The notes below the pieces were generated by a model, which was given only the letters and a program-made list of their open reading frames with translations, ran no database searches and had not been told where the DNA came from. Shown in pieces: positions 13,828-26,500 of a DNA stretch of 64,000 nucleotides. Both the position numbers and the translations under genes were made by a program. The DNA comes from Auanema rhodensis (lineage: Eukaryota; Animalia; Nematoda), in the NCBI GenBank assembly GCA_964057225.1, contig OZ059895.1, positions 8,556,001-8,620,000 of the forward strand. The letters run 5' to 3'. How positions within the stretch are numbered: the first letter of the stretch is position 1; each line of letters opens with the position of its first letter.

Positions 13828-16800
13828 ATGATTAGAGTAAGTCAAGTTTCAATGTTACTCATGTTTGAATGCTTAATTTGTAGCAAACTGACGCTGCAAC
13901 ATCATCTATTAATACAGAGGATGGACATTTCGTTTGGAAAAAAAGACCGAAGTATGATATCCTCATATTTTTAAAGTTTTATCTCATTTAAATCTCAGAG
14001 GATTTGGTTTACGAAGAAATCTAAAAGTCAGCCGAGCTCATGCACCTAAGCCTGTAACAGAACAGCCTGAATCGGTATTTCAGGAACAATTCTTAGTTTT
14101 TTAATATTTTTTCCATATAGAAATCCCTATGTGTTATTCAAAAACCTGTTCGATCGACACCTCTTCAAGATAATGTAGGTTGTGTAATCTAATTGTCTCT
14201 AAAGAAATATAACTTCAAGATTTATGATGTACAAAGGAATTTCAAAGCGAGTGAGCTATATACTTACGAATTTATTGCTGTCATTAGTTCATGGAAAGGA
14301 GCCTTGTATAAAAAAAGATTTCAAATAGTTTTTGATCTTTTGCTGGATACACTACCGCAGCCAGAAGTTGTGCGTGATAGAATCAATTATAAGATTATAG
14401 CAACTCGTTGATTACAGGCAATGATGCTCTGTATTTTTGATTTAGCATCAAAGCAATATCAAGATCTTGGCTCTTTCTATATGTTCATGGGTTTTGAAAT
14501 TAGGCATTCAGATATAAAAGATCCAATATGTTTACCTTATAGGTATGTAATTAAAGAAAAAGAATTATAATTTATTGAATTTTAGGCCAATTGATAATGT
14601 TGATATTCACAGTTTATTAGAAGAAATTAAAGTCATGAAATCAAGCTTTTTAGGATTAAATGATATTACTCATAATGAAGTTCATTAAAAGTAAATGTAT
14701 GAGAAATAATTATATATTTTAGTTTACTATTGATATTTGTTTTGTAAAACAATTATTAGGAAGTGGAGTATCTGAAGTAGCTAAAGTTTCTCGGAAGAAA
14801 AAGGCAACTTCTAAGGATGTCATAGCGGAAAATAATGGTTTTCATGAAATTCATAACTTTATTCCATTATTTCCTTTCAGTAAAAAAGTTTTGTTTGGGA
14901 ACAGCAGTCCTGCAGGGAATGGCACTTGTTAAACATAATAATGATATTGATAACTATGAAATTGAGAAAGAATGGTACAGACTTTCAATTTTAAATGATA
15001 CATCTGCAGAATATAAGGTAATATATTATTCTTTCTTTTTCCTTTTTACATAAATAGATATAGTCAGATATTGCTGTTGCAAAACAATTATTGTTAGACT
15101 CTGGTATTAATAAAGAAGAAGATTTTACTATTAAAGATGTGTCAGCTGTTCAGGTTTGAAACTGAGATGCTTATTATTCATAAAAGTTACTAAAGGACTT
15201 CCTAAGTGGACAATATCAAATTGTTGTATTCAGTGAAGGTCATAACAAATCTCCGATTTATAAAGGACCTAGTTTAATGGAAAAAAATGTTATTGGTATT
15301 ATTTCTAAATGATTTCACGAATTTAAAAATTTAATATTACAGCACTTGTATGTCAAAATGGCCACTATGAACTAATTAAGAAACTGCCACAGTTCGTTGG
15401 AGCTGGATTTTACTGCGTTCACTGTAACGTCAAAAGCTCCTCATTATCAGATCATTATAGGTAAAACTTTAATTGAATAAGTTGTAATTAAGAATTGTTT
15501 CAGTTGTCCTTTACGTTGTCGATTATGTTCATCAATGAACTGTGTCCCTGAAGATAGCATTGAAATTACATGTGAAGAATGTAAACAAACTTTTTATAGT
15601 GAGCAATGTTTTAAAACTCATAAAATGAAAGGTATTATTGTTTATATTATTATTTAAATTCAAAACATATTGCTTTTCAGGTATTCTTGGAAAGAAATCA
15701 CGTTGTGAAAAAACAATTTTCTGTCCTAATTGTCAAAAATTATGCAAAGATATGAAGAGACACAAATGTCACAACTATTATTGTCAGCATTGTAAAGTAA
15801 TTTTTCTATTTTATCTTCCAAATATTATGTTTATGTTCTTAGGTTGTAAGGGAAAAGGGCCATCAATGCAGTTTACCTCCTAAGGAATATGGTGCTGCTT
15901 GGGGATATCCTCAAAAGCGAATATTTTTTCTTGTGAAAGTAAAGCTTTACAATAGACAATTTAAACAAAACATATACTATGTTTCAGTCTGAAAAAATTT
16001 TCAAACCTGACGGTACTTTTATCGAAAAGCCTATGCTGATTTTGGCTATTCGTTTTTGTCCTGAATGTAGGGCCTACTTACCTTCAAGAGTAGTTAAAGT
16101 AAAGGAAATATTGAAAATGATATTCATTGAAATTTTGATTAGGGTGCTCAAATGACTTGCAATAACTGTTCACCAGATGGCTGTCGAACATGGATTTTCG
16201 AGCGTGTATTTAAAGGAAATAGAAACAAGGATGTAGTTCTGGAATTTCTTCAATGGCTTATCAATAAAAATCATTATCGTTTTGCTGCCGTATCACATAA
16301 TTTAACTCAGTTATCTTAATTTGTATTTTTCTTTGTATATTTTCTATTCATTTAGGGGTGTCAGTGATTTAATCATGCAATATTTAACCCGTGAAGATGT
16401 ACCAAAAACGAAAGAATGCATTGTTGAGAATGGACGTTTAAAATATATTGTAATTGAGGGATCTCGGGTTAGTTCAAATTATGTTTTATTATTATCAATT
16501 GATGATTTTAAGCAAAAAATTTGCGATGCTGATCAATTCATCCCAGCAGATATTAGGAAGTTCTCAAGAGCTCTTGGACTATCTCTCAATGATCAAGGGT
16601 ATGTACAGACAAATTTTTGCTTTAACTTTAAATTTTTGTCCAGATATTTTCCTGAAAATTTTATTACCACAGCAAATGTGAGTTACATTGGACCTCATCC
16701 TGCACTTAAGGAATATATTACTGATGATATGTCGGAAGATGATGTGAAATATGTGAAGGAATTCCACGATTCAGAACTAAAAAAAGGAGAAATATTCAAC

Positions 16801-19502
16801 TTTCAAGATTCATTAATTAAGTATTCATCTTTATTTATAAGAAATTTGTTATCACATGAACTTCATTTTAGGCATTCTTACTTAGAACTTGTTCAAATGT
16901 CATTATGTTTCATGACTGTTGAATCTATTATTTATAATCAATTAGGTGTTCGACTGTTTGAGGAAAGTTCTAATATGTATAGAGCAGCTATTTGTGGATT
17001 CAGAAGGTACGTACGTCAATATTAGAAACTTGTAATTTTTTCAATTCAGAAAGTTTCATACTGATAATTCTCTTCCATTAGACAAAGGACAAGGTGCTGC
17101 TTTTCGTCAAACTTTCTCTATGACAGCTATGAAATATTTATCTTGGAGAGCTCATGTGGAACAAATACCAATTGACACAGCAGTAAATGTGGGAGAATAC
17201 AGAGTATGCTTACAACCAAACAGTTGGCATGTGCATTTCATTGAATATAGGTACCTGGTACTCCATTTCATCTTGACGGTTTCATACAGCCATGCGAGAA
17301 ATATCCGAGGGGCTTAGGAATTGATGTTAAGGTATCTAATCGAAAACTATTAAAGTTCATCAACTTTCCTAGGGTTGCTACTGGCATGCTCACGGTTGTA
17401 CCTATGTGCCTCAAATGGTAGCCAGGAGAGAGCTTAAAATTGATACAATTCGTGCCAACGATAAAAAACGTGATGATGAAATTAGGTTAATTCAAATTTT
17501 AAAAAATTTTATTTTGCTTTTTTTATTTTTAGACGTCATATTGACTTAGAAATAGTGTGGGAATGTCAAATTGCTTTACAACGTATGACAGATACAGATA
17601 TGGATAATTACATGAATAAATGCAATTTTGAAGTTTTTTTTAAGTGCATGAATTATTTATTTACAAATTTAATTTCAAGGGAAAAGCTGATATTAATAAT
17701 GCAATCATGCCATTATTTTGTGAAACATTTCATTTAAATTATAGAAAAACGTATGATTATGATAAAATCCATTGCCGAGACATCGTAGAGTAAGTTGGAA
17801 CATTAGGATACTTCTGAGCAACATTATCATATAGTGTACCAGCTATATGCATGAAACTTGATCCTTATCCTAAAGGACCTTTCCGACGAGTACATGGAGA
17901 GTTATTCCAAGTTCCAATTGAAAAACCTGATGATCTTCATCAAGCAACAGGCCTTCTATACTGTGTTGTTAGTTCATATTGAAAATAATGAATACATCTT
18001 GTGTAGGTACTTCCACCGAGTCATATGTTCATGCCATTACTTCAATATAAGCTAGATGATAATGCCATTCTTACTCTCTGCCGAAGTATGATGTTATACA
18101 ACTTAAAATCTAAAATTACTTTTTTGCTTTAAGCATGTACGGAACAGAAAAATTATTCTGAGTGCAAGCATACTGACGCTGAAAGAATGTTTTCGGGCAC
18201 ATGGTCCACGTTTGAACTTAAACTTGCTTTAGAACATGGATATAAGATCGTCAAAGTTATAGGAGTAATAACAATATTTCTTTATTTCATTCCCTTAATA
18301 TTTAATTTTTAGGCTATTCACTGGAACGAATGGACAAAATTTTCAATCGATTCTAATGGAAAACAAACTTCAGGAATTTTTTCTGATCTTGTTGATGCTG
18401 TACTCGGAAATAAGATTGTGATTCTAACCATCTTCCTCATCTTCTTTCAAACATTTTTCTAGGCTTCGGCTGGATATCCTGAGGGAATGAATTCGGATAT
18501 GGAACATGAAAAGTATATAACTGAGATGACAACAAGATATGCTATGCCAATCGGCAAAGATATAGTCAATAAAAATATTTATGCTCAAAAGATGGATGAT
18601 GCTCTCTTAAGAATTGTATTTGTTTATTTTTATTTATTAGTTTATTAATATTATAATATTTAGTGGAAAACTTTTTCTGAGAAAAGTGATGTACCTGTTT
18701 GTGAAATTGCTCGATCATCATCAGATTTATGGAAAATTTTAGAAGATCCAACGTTATTGGTGAAGGAAATTAAAGTATTCATTCTAATTTTTCCCTCTTA
18801 AACTTTAATTTCATAGGCTGTTAACGATGAATCTGCCTATTTTTGTTATGGCAAAAAGAAAGAAAATGCCATTCCTTTGTTTGAGACGGTGACATTGGTT
18901 GAAGCTTTGACTGCTTCACATTCAAGATGTAGAATTTTCCGATTCATTCAAAATTTGGAAAATTTAGAAAGAGATCTGTTTTACATTGGTTTGTTTTAAT
19001 TAAGTTTTAAACTATTTTCTACTATATTATAGATGAAAAACACATTATTTACCGTAGTAATGAAGATAATGACCCATTATTTGATTTGACTCCTGAATAT
19101 CCTAAATCTACACCTAAGGATGATATAATTGAATTCTTATCTCCAAGTGCTGGATGTTACCTCTTGTCTCGCTCATCCGAAAACAGCATTACAAATGCTT
19201 TACAGGTTATACTGATTCCTGACTTCTGAATTGTTTTTAATTTTCAGGTCGTCGGCTTCTCAAAGATTGAGGCGGCATGTGATATTCAAATTCAAGCCGT
19301 GCGAGATCAAGTCGCAATGTTATTAGAAAACCAATGTGACTCGGTAGATATTTCTTATGAACACATCGAACGAGATTCTTTCTATCTTCTCAAAAATGTG
19401 ATTAAGACTAAACGTCTTGAAAGCAGACTTGCATCCAGATATATAAAGATAGGTGAAGATGATTCTGTGCAAACATGGCCAATTGGTACAGCTTGTGCAT
19501 GA
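13828..19502 (+). CDS. Intron-rich Polinton/Maverick-derived protein-primed DNA polymerase B homolog (roughly 1350-1400 aa); polymerase and exonuclease motifs degenerate, VSR-like nuclease retained
   Basis: One open frame through about 34 short introns. Polinton pPolB landmarks appear in order: OTU-like FCL...GHYELIK, Cys/His zinc cluster, SHN, GYFPENF..N..YIGPHP, FNFQ, GEYRV...LDGF...GCYWH...WEC, YPKG, LCRTC...CKHTDAER..GTW...EL..AL..GYKI, K.AS.GYP, and C-terminal TWPIG. Confidence 0.9.
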
Positions 19503-19720
19503 TTTGTTGTTCATTCATATATATTCAAAAACGTTTATTTTATGTTTTTCAATTATTTTTAATTTTATGTACAAATTGTTCCAATAGTAGTAGCTAGCAA
19601 TCGATACGACTTACAAATTTACAGAAACTAACTGCAATTTGAAAATAATTCTTATTTTTTGTACATAATCGTATATACATAATGTAACCAATGAAAGTTA
19701 TTATTATTATTGATTACTCT

Positions 19721-21633
19721 TTAAATTTTACTAATTGGAACTTCTTCAGCTATCAATAATTCTCTATCCCAATCGGGCATTTGAGCGGGAGTTCCCAGGA
19801 ATTTCGCGAAAAATGCGATAGTTTTTACCCAAGTTAATTCTTGACTGCGGGCATGTAAAACTACTTCACCTCCATAACCACAGTAGAAACCTTAAACGAT
19901 TGTTGAAGAACTGTTACTGTAAAGATAGATTGATTACCTTGATATTTGGCATAAACTATATCATGATGAGGGAAATATGGTGGCTCCATGATATGTCCTC
20001 CGTTGACGATGTCAACTTCAAGGTTGTGGTGGCCCGTTTCTCTAAGCTGACGCATCTTTGCATGACTTGCGAAAATGGAATTGTTAACGAGATCATCTGC
20101 TGATGCTATGAATCGGTATGCTACATCCTTGGCTACACGGTCAAATGGAATTATAGTTTCGGGAGACGGCTTCAATGTCATCAATATACGATCAGTTACC
20201 AGTATTCCATTGATAAAATGAATTTTAGAATCATCTAATCTGTAGAAAAAATGTTATTCATAGTATAAGGTATGCTATCACTTACTCAGCTTCTTTAAGC
20301 GGAACACCGTTTTCGAGCAGTGTAATGTAACGGTTTTGAAGATAGGGTCCGTTGATTGATACTACAGCTTTAATCTGCAAGATAAATATGAAATAAGACT
20401 TTACGAATTAGAAAAGTACCTGTGGGCAACGTGTAGAAATAATATCTACAAGAGTGGCTCCAAAAGATACTCCTTGAATTCCTATGAAGTTGCCGGTATA
20501 AGGTCTACTAACCAACCATTCAATTGCTTTCTGAATTTCAATGCAATTAATTGAAGCATTGGAATGTGATATTTACTGTAAAATATTGGAGATCAACTTC
20601 CTCTAATTTGTTTGGGAGATCTTTGAATTGGAAAAATGCCAAACTAAACACAACAAAACCTTCAGATGCCAACATTGAACCTTTGTGTTCATGTAAACCA
20701 CCTCCAGTACCCGAAATATCTAAGACTGTTGGATAAGGTCCATCACCTAAAACATTGAATAATTTAAAAATAACTGTGTTTTGCATTGTTTTACCTTGAG
20801 GCTTAAACAAAGTTCCATGAACTCCATCGACACTTATTTCTTCTCTGATTAAAGATGGATGCATCCAATGTTTTTTGATCAATAGAGTGTCAAGAAGTCG
20901 ATCTCCAATATCGTAAAGTCTAAGATTATTCCAATCGGTTAATGCATATCAATGAATAATATTTCCTACTGAAGCTTATAGATAAAAGGAATTGGTGGAG
21001 TACAGCGTAGATAGCCACCAAAATCAAATTCCGGAGTTGGTCTTTGGCTCATGAAAAGACCCATTGCGTCAGCCTCTGGAATACCAAAAATGATTTTTAG
21101 ACTTCAGATTAATTTACAGAGTTGTAAATTTTTTTGTTGTTAAATATCATTTATACTATAGATCGTAAATGTTTTTGATTTTGCTGCACAGTCAAAGCAT
21201 ACCGTTATAAGTTCCTCGAATTGGAGTGTTGGTTGGAACATCAATTTCTCCTGCGGCGTCAGCTTTATATGAAGCATATGCAGCATGTCCTCCATATTTA
21301 TGTTTCAATCTAAATTTTGAAAATGTTTCTTTATACTGTTGAAATATTATGTTAAGCGTTAAGCGATATAGTAATAGATAAAATGTGCAGTTGATATAAT
21401 GTGACTTTGATTCATAAGGATTTTTCTTGTGATAAGAAGAAAATGAAGCAATATGCAAAGATTGCAAATCAAATGACATTATAACGAAGTAAGCTACATC
21501 AATGCGTGAGGTTAATTTACAACTAGGCTCACCTCATGACCATTTTGTACGGTTCAAATGGTTTCAAATTTTTAGCTTTGATGTGAACGCGCTCGCGTTG
21601 CATGGTATCGGGTTTGTCGATCCACAGCGACAT
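19721..21633 (-). CDS. Acyl-CoA thioesterase / BAAT-family alpha/beta hydrolase ending in SKI (PTS1-like)
   Basis: Family motifs ADAAGEID, DISGTGGGLHEHKGSMLASEGF, nucleophile GVSFG and catalytic-His region GGHIMEPPYFP. The last exon ends EEVPISKI*. Confidence 0.92.
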
Positions 21634-23793
21634 GCTTGAATAGTCTGCAAATTAATAGGTAATTAACAATACTTTATGATCAATATTATTATTTTATAAG
21701 ACATATGAAAAACTACTGTTATAAATTTAAAAATAAATAGAATTTTTGAGAAAAACAGTACAACAAGCTTCAGAACTGATCACCATAACCGATAACGCAA
21801 TGAGCAAACAAGCATGTACAACATAAAACCTCACTATAGATTACATAAGAAAAAGAAAAGAATTTAATTCAATTAGTATTTATAATTAAAATAATGTTAA
21901 TATGTGCATATTGTTTTTTTTAAATTACAATTATGAGGTGTTAATTGAAAATACATAAATCAGTTAATGAATATTTTGAAAGTAGAGAAGAAATTTATTT
22001 TTTGAAATGGCGTACATTCCGTCAAATTACTGAAAACTGATTAAATTTTAGGCTTATATACGGAAAGCTAGATACTTATCAGTACATAGATTGGAAGACA
22101 CATGACGTCTTCCCATCGTGTGAATTTGGAAAGGCGTAGTTACAGAGAGCTGAGCTATGATGTAGCGAGCACGATTCCGGGTGGGAGTTCCGCAAAGATA
22201 AGATTTAAACAGAAGTAAATTTCCTGTCTACAATTGAGCGATTGATGTTAGCAGGATGGTATTTCCAAATTATGTACTTTTATAGCTGCAGTTAAATAAT
22301 TACTCTCATTAATATCATTTTCTTCTTCTTTAATAGTAACTATCCTCTAATATTCTATAAACTAATATTTTATTATTATTTAAAATTTAATTTTCCATAT
22401 ACAAACATAATAATAATAATATATAAATATTAATTTATGTTTCAATCCACCCTCAAGCACGTTCAATAATTCCATCATATGCTAATTTCAAAATTGTGCG
22501 TGATTGTTTTTCATTTTTGTACAGTTGCACACATTGAATGGTTGCTAATATTCATACAATTCATTTTATTTTTAAAAAAATTATATTATTAACATATTTT
22601 ACATATAAATAAACAATAGTTTAGTATTAAAATTTTATAATTTTTAAAGATAATCTAATATTTAATACATTTATGTAAAATATCATTGGTTTTTATATAA
22701 AATATTTAAATATTATTATAATGCTATTTGTACGTACAATGGAGTCTGAATAATTAGGTGCAGACAAGATATCCAGTGCTTTGTTTCCAGATGTCTTATC
22801 AGGAAAGGTCAATTTCATTTAAGCGGTATCTGCTAACAGTAATTCAACCATTAATCTTTTTTATTCATAACTTCTACACATAAAAAGGAAAAATATAAAA
22901 ATTTTGAGAACTGATAATTTGCTGTAGTATCAATCCTTATCATAACAATACAAAAAAATACGGAAGAACTTTCGTAATTACATAAATTTTCAGAAGATTA
23001 TTTATGCTTTAAGTACATCTGTATATATGTGAATGTTCCGAATAAAAATGTTAAAATACATACATTTCTTTAATATTTTTATATTTTACTTCTGTATTAC
23101 CATATAAACTGTTTGTATATATTTTTATTTAGAGTTTTGTGATAGTTTCTATAATCAGACTACATTATGTTCAATGAATAATTTCCATGATTTATAGCAG
23201 ATTACAAGATGAAAACAAACTTGATATCACATTGTAGAAATGCAGCAGATTGTTTTTCTTATCTACTTGAAACTACATTACAGTGTCATTTGGGTACAAT
23301 ATATCTTCAATATATGGCTATATGATATGCTACAGCTATTATACCCGAGATATATATATATATATGTACAAAACTTAAACTCGATATATAAACTTGGTCA
23401 ATAATTGATTTAAGGTGTATTTATCCAGCTTGAGTGCAACTTAATAAAAGCGTAATGAACGTCTATTTTAAGCATTTTCTATTTTCTCTTTCACTTATCA
23501 TTCTCGATCATGTATTGTATCTTATTCTTGAAATACGCCGTGTCCAGAAAAGCAATGTGAACTTCTTGCCGCTGGATTAAAACGACAATCGCTTCAATTT
23601 TTTGATTATCTAGAAAGCCTGATTATCTAGATCATTTCAGTTATAGAAATTTGTTGATAAGATAAACAAAGAAATAGTGATTATTCAAATTAATTCAATT
23701 CTCAATATTTCTTCAAATGATTTTAAACAGACTGCACAGTATGATTTTTTGAACTATTATCAGTCTAGCATTTACATTGGAATATTTTACTGA

Positions 23794-24946
23794 TTAATCG
23801 TCTTCTTCTTGAGTTCGAATCGATCTGAGAGTACAAAGAAACCAAGTTATTTTTCTTTAATTTATTAAGCTAGACGTTCTTAACGACAATGACAATTATT
23901 ATTATTAATATTATTAGGATATGACATGACATCGCTTATGTACAGCAAACATTATTTTTTGTTTTTTGAAAAAAAAAACTATTTAGGTGGAGAAAACCTG
24001 ATATTAACATCTCCATCATTATTATTATCAAGAGCTGCTCCTACATATAAGGGATCATATCCAGGAACACCTACTACAACTCCCATGCCTGTTCCTTCTC
24101 TGTCTCGAATTTTTGTGTTTGACGATAAGTCTCCCTATGTAGATATGACAATGAAGAGATTCAATCAAAATGACTTACCAAACTGAGTAACTGGTCAGCT
24201 AATGTACCTTCTTCTGATCGAACACTAGCAGATTTAACACGGTAGTAATGCAATAAAGCCTTCTCACACATCAATTCATCTCCAGATAAACAAGTTCTTA
24301 AATGATACTATTGATAAAATATAATTTGAAGATGTGTTACTTTTTGGCTTTTGCTAGTGCACCACTTGCTGAATCCTCATATGCCGAAGTATCTAAACCT
24401 TTTTCATATTTCCTATAATATATAATTAGAAATAATTTATATTAACTATATGAACCTTTCAGTTATAAAATGTAAATTTATAGGATCCATATTGGGTATT
24501 GGTAGATACATTCCATTAATATCTCTTCTATTACTTCTTAACCCTGTTTTAGATTCTAAAAGCATATGACTATCAGGAAGGCCAAACTTTGCTTCAGCTC
24601 CTACAATAGTTACATGTTTTTTGAAATTTTTATATCAATACCTGTATCTCTTTCACTATAGTGATAGAATGCTTTTGGAACTGCTAGCTTACCACTTTTG
24701 CCGGGCCCAACTGGAATCTGTAAAGATATGAAGTTGAGACAATAAGACAAGACTCAATTTTCTAACCTCAAGGTAATTCCGTTGACCATAATAATCTCCA
24801 GCATTACCAAATGCGAACTTCATTCTGTCAGATCTAACTCGAAATTGAGGATTAATATTATCAATTCCTCCCGGTAGATCATCATAATCAGAATATGAGT
24901 ATACAGAATAAATTAGGAAAATTAGGAAGAACAGTACACGGCCCAT
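23794..24946 (-). CDS. Secreted protein of unknown function
   Basis: Signal peptide MGRVLFFLIFLIYSVYS. The multi-exon frame runs through GVVVGVPGYDPLYVGA to RSIRTQEEDD*. Confidence 0.7.
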
Positions 24947-25309
24947 GGATGAATATCAGAAAGTGAAAGACGATCGGTGAAAGTGCGACATAGTTTTTAT
25001 AAGTGACCTGATTAACTGATGGCTGATCGTTCCTTGTCGGAAACATGGAAGGTGTTCAAACCTAGTTTGATACATTATGACAACTTTTTCAACTCTGCAG
25101 GAAATCACTTTCAACTACCTCTTCATTGAAATATATTTCTTATGATCAATTTCAGCAGTTTCAGAAAAAATGTTAATACAAAAGAGATGATGAAATAAAT
25201 TTGAAACTAGATTCAGGAAATTTTACATAGAGTATCTATTCGTAGCCAATTTTATCAAAGTTTATTCAATTATTAAAAACAGTAAAACAAAACAAATTAG
25301 AAAATGTGA

Positions 25310-26352
25310 CTAGCTGCTATATGTGGTTTGTTGTAAAACCATATCGCGAATATCACCTTCCTGCTCTACTAGAGCGTACCCGTTAGCCGTATCAAAAGCT
25401 TTTATGATTTGAGCCATACTTTCCTTTTTCCTAACATCCAGAGGTAAAAATGACACTAGATCGAAATCGGAAATAATCTAAAAAAGCTCAAAAATATTTT
25501 TATCAATGAAAACGAATTTCAAACCTGACATATTGCTTGGTTTAAGGATTGGTGTCTCTCTAATCCAGGAACATCCTATAACGCAATAATAAAATTGCGA
25601 TATAAATAAATTACATACATTGAGAAGCTCAAGAAGTTTTTTAACATCGGGTAGTTGTAGAAAGTACTCCAAATTGAAAGACGCGTTTTCATCGAATAGA
25701 TCTATTTTTGACAAAACGTTCACCTGTGGCATTTCCAAGGAAACCATCGTGGCTGAATTGAACTAATTTCAAATTCTCAGATAAAATATGGACTTACACA
25801 AAGTAGACATCACAACAGATATAAATTTAGATGCATCTGAGCAATAAAGAGAATCAGCTAAATGTACAGCGCATAACCGTATTCCCGCGGCTTCCAAATG
25901 CCTAATAACCTAAACTATATTCAATTACTGAAATATCAAATTATTCAACTCACTCTCCAAAGTTCTCCTTCACTTTTATAAAGTTCTAGCTGTCCGGGAC
26001 AGTCTAATATAATGTATTTACCCTTATTTGCTAATATTTTATTCAAAAGCCATCCTGGATTTCTACACAAAGTTTCGATGCAGTATTTAAGAGAACCATT
26101 GGGACCAAGTCCGAGTCTATCCATAACTTCTTCAACAGTGATCAATTCCTATTATTGTTAATGTAATTTAGAAATAAGATTAATTAGCTAAACCTTAATA
26201 TCATAGTTAGCTTCGTACTCATTATTGTCATTTGCGGGGTCAAGATTAAAAATGCAAAACTCTCTATTCAGTTGGGAGAATATATCCGACAGACCAGTAC
26301 AAAAGGTTGATTTTCCTGCACCCGGAGCTCCAATAACAAGTATTCCATACAT
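25310..26352 (-). CDS. gpn2: GPN-loop GTPase 2
   Basis: P-loop GAPGAGKST, NLDPAN, signature LGPNG, DCPGQLE and NVLSKIDL. GPN2 is preferred over GPN3 on overall pattern. Confidence 0.88.
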
Positions 26353-26424
26353 GATTTTTTCACATTTAACGGAAGAGAATATGCAAAATTCATATTTTTC
26401 AAAATAACTCTAAGAAAAAGCAAA

Positions 26425-26500
26425 ATCGTGGCGGGACCATTTTCGCCTTCTAAATGTGCTCACGGGCCGTGGAATTTGCGTCTTCATCGTCACGTGCAAG
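26425..26500. promoter_or_regulatory. Probable bidirectional promoter core between GPN2 and ari-1
   Basis: GC-rich island in AT-rich DNA between divergent start codons. It contains E2F-like TGGCGGGA, TTTCGCC and an E-box CACGTG. Confidence 0.45.

Noticed and set aside
10400-23700. An intact Maverick/Polinton element around the pPolB
   Set aside because: No terminal inverted repeats or other core genes are visible, and host genes abut both sides. The (GA)n tracts are simple microsatellites, not paired element ends.
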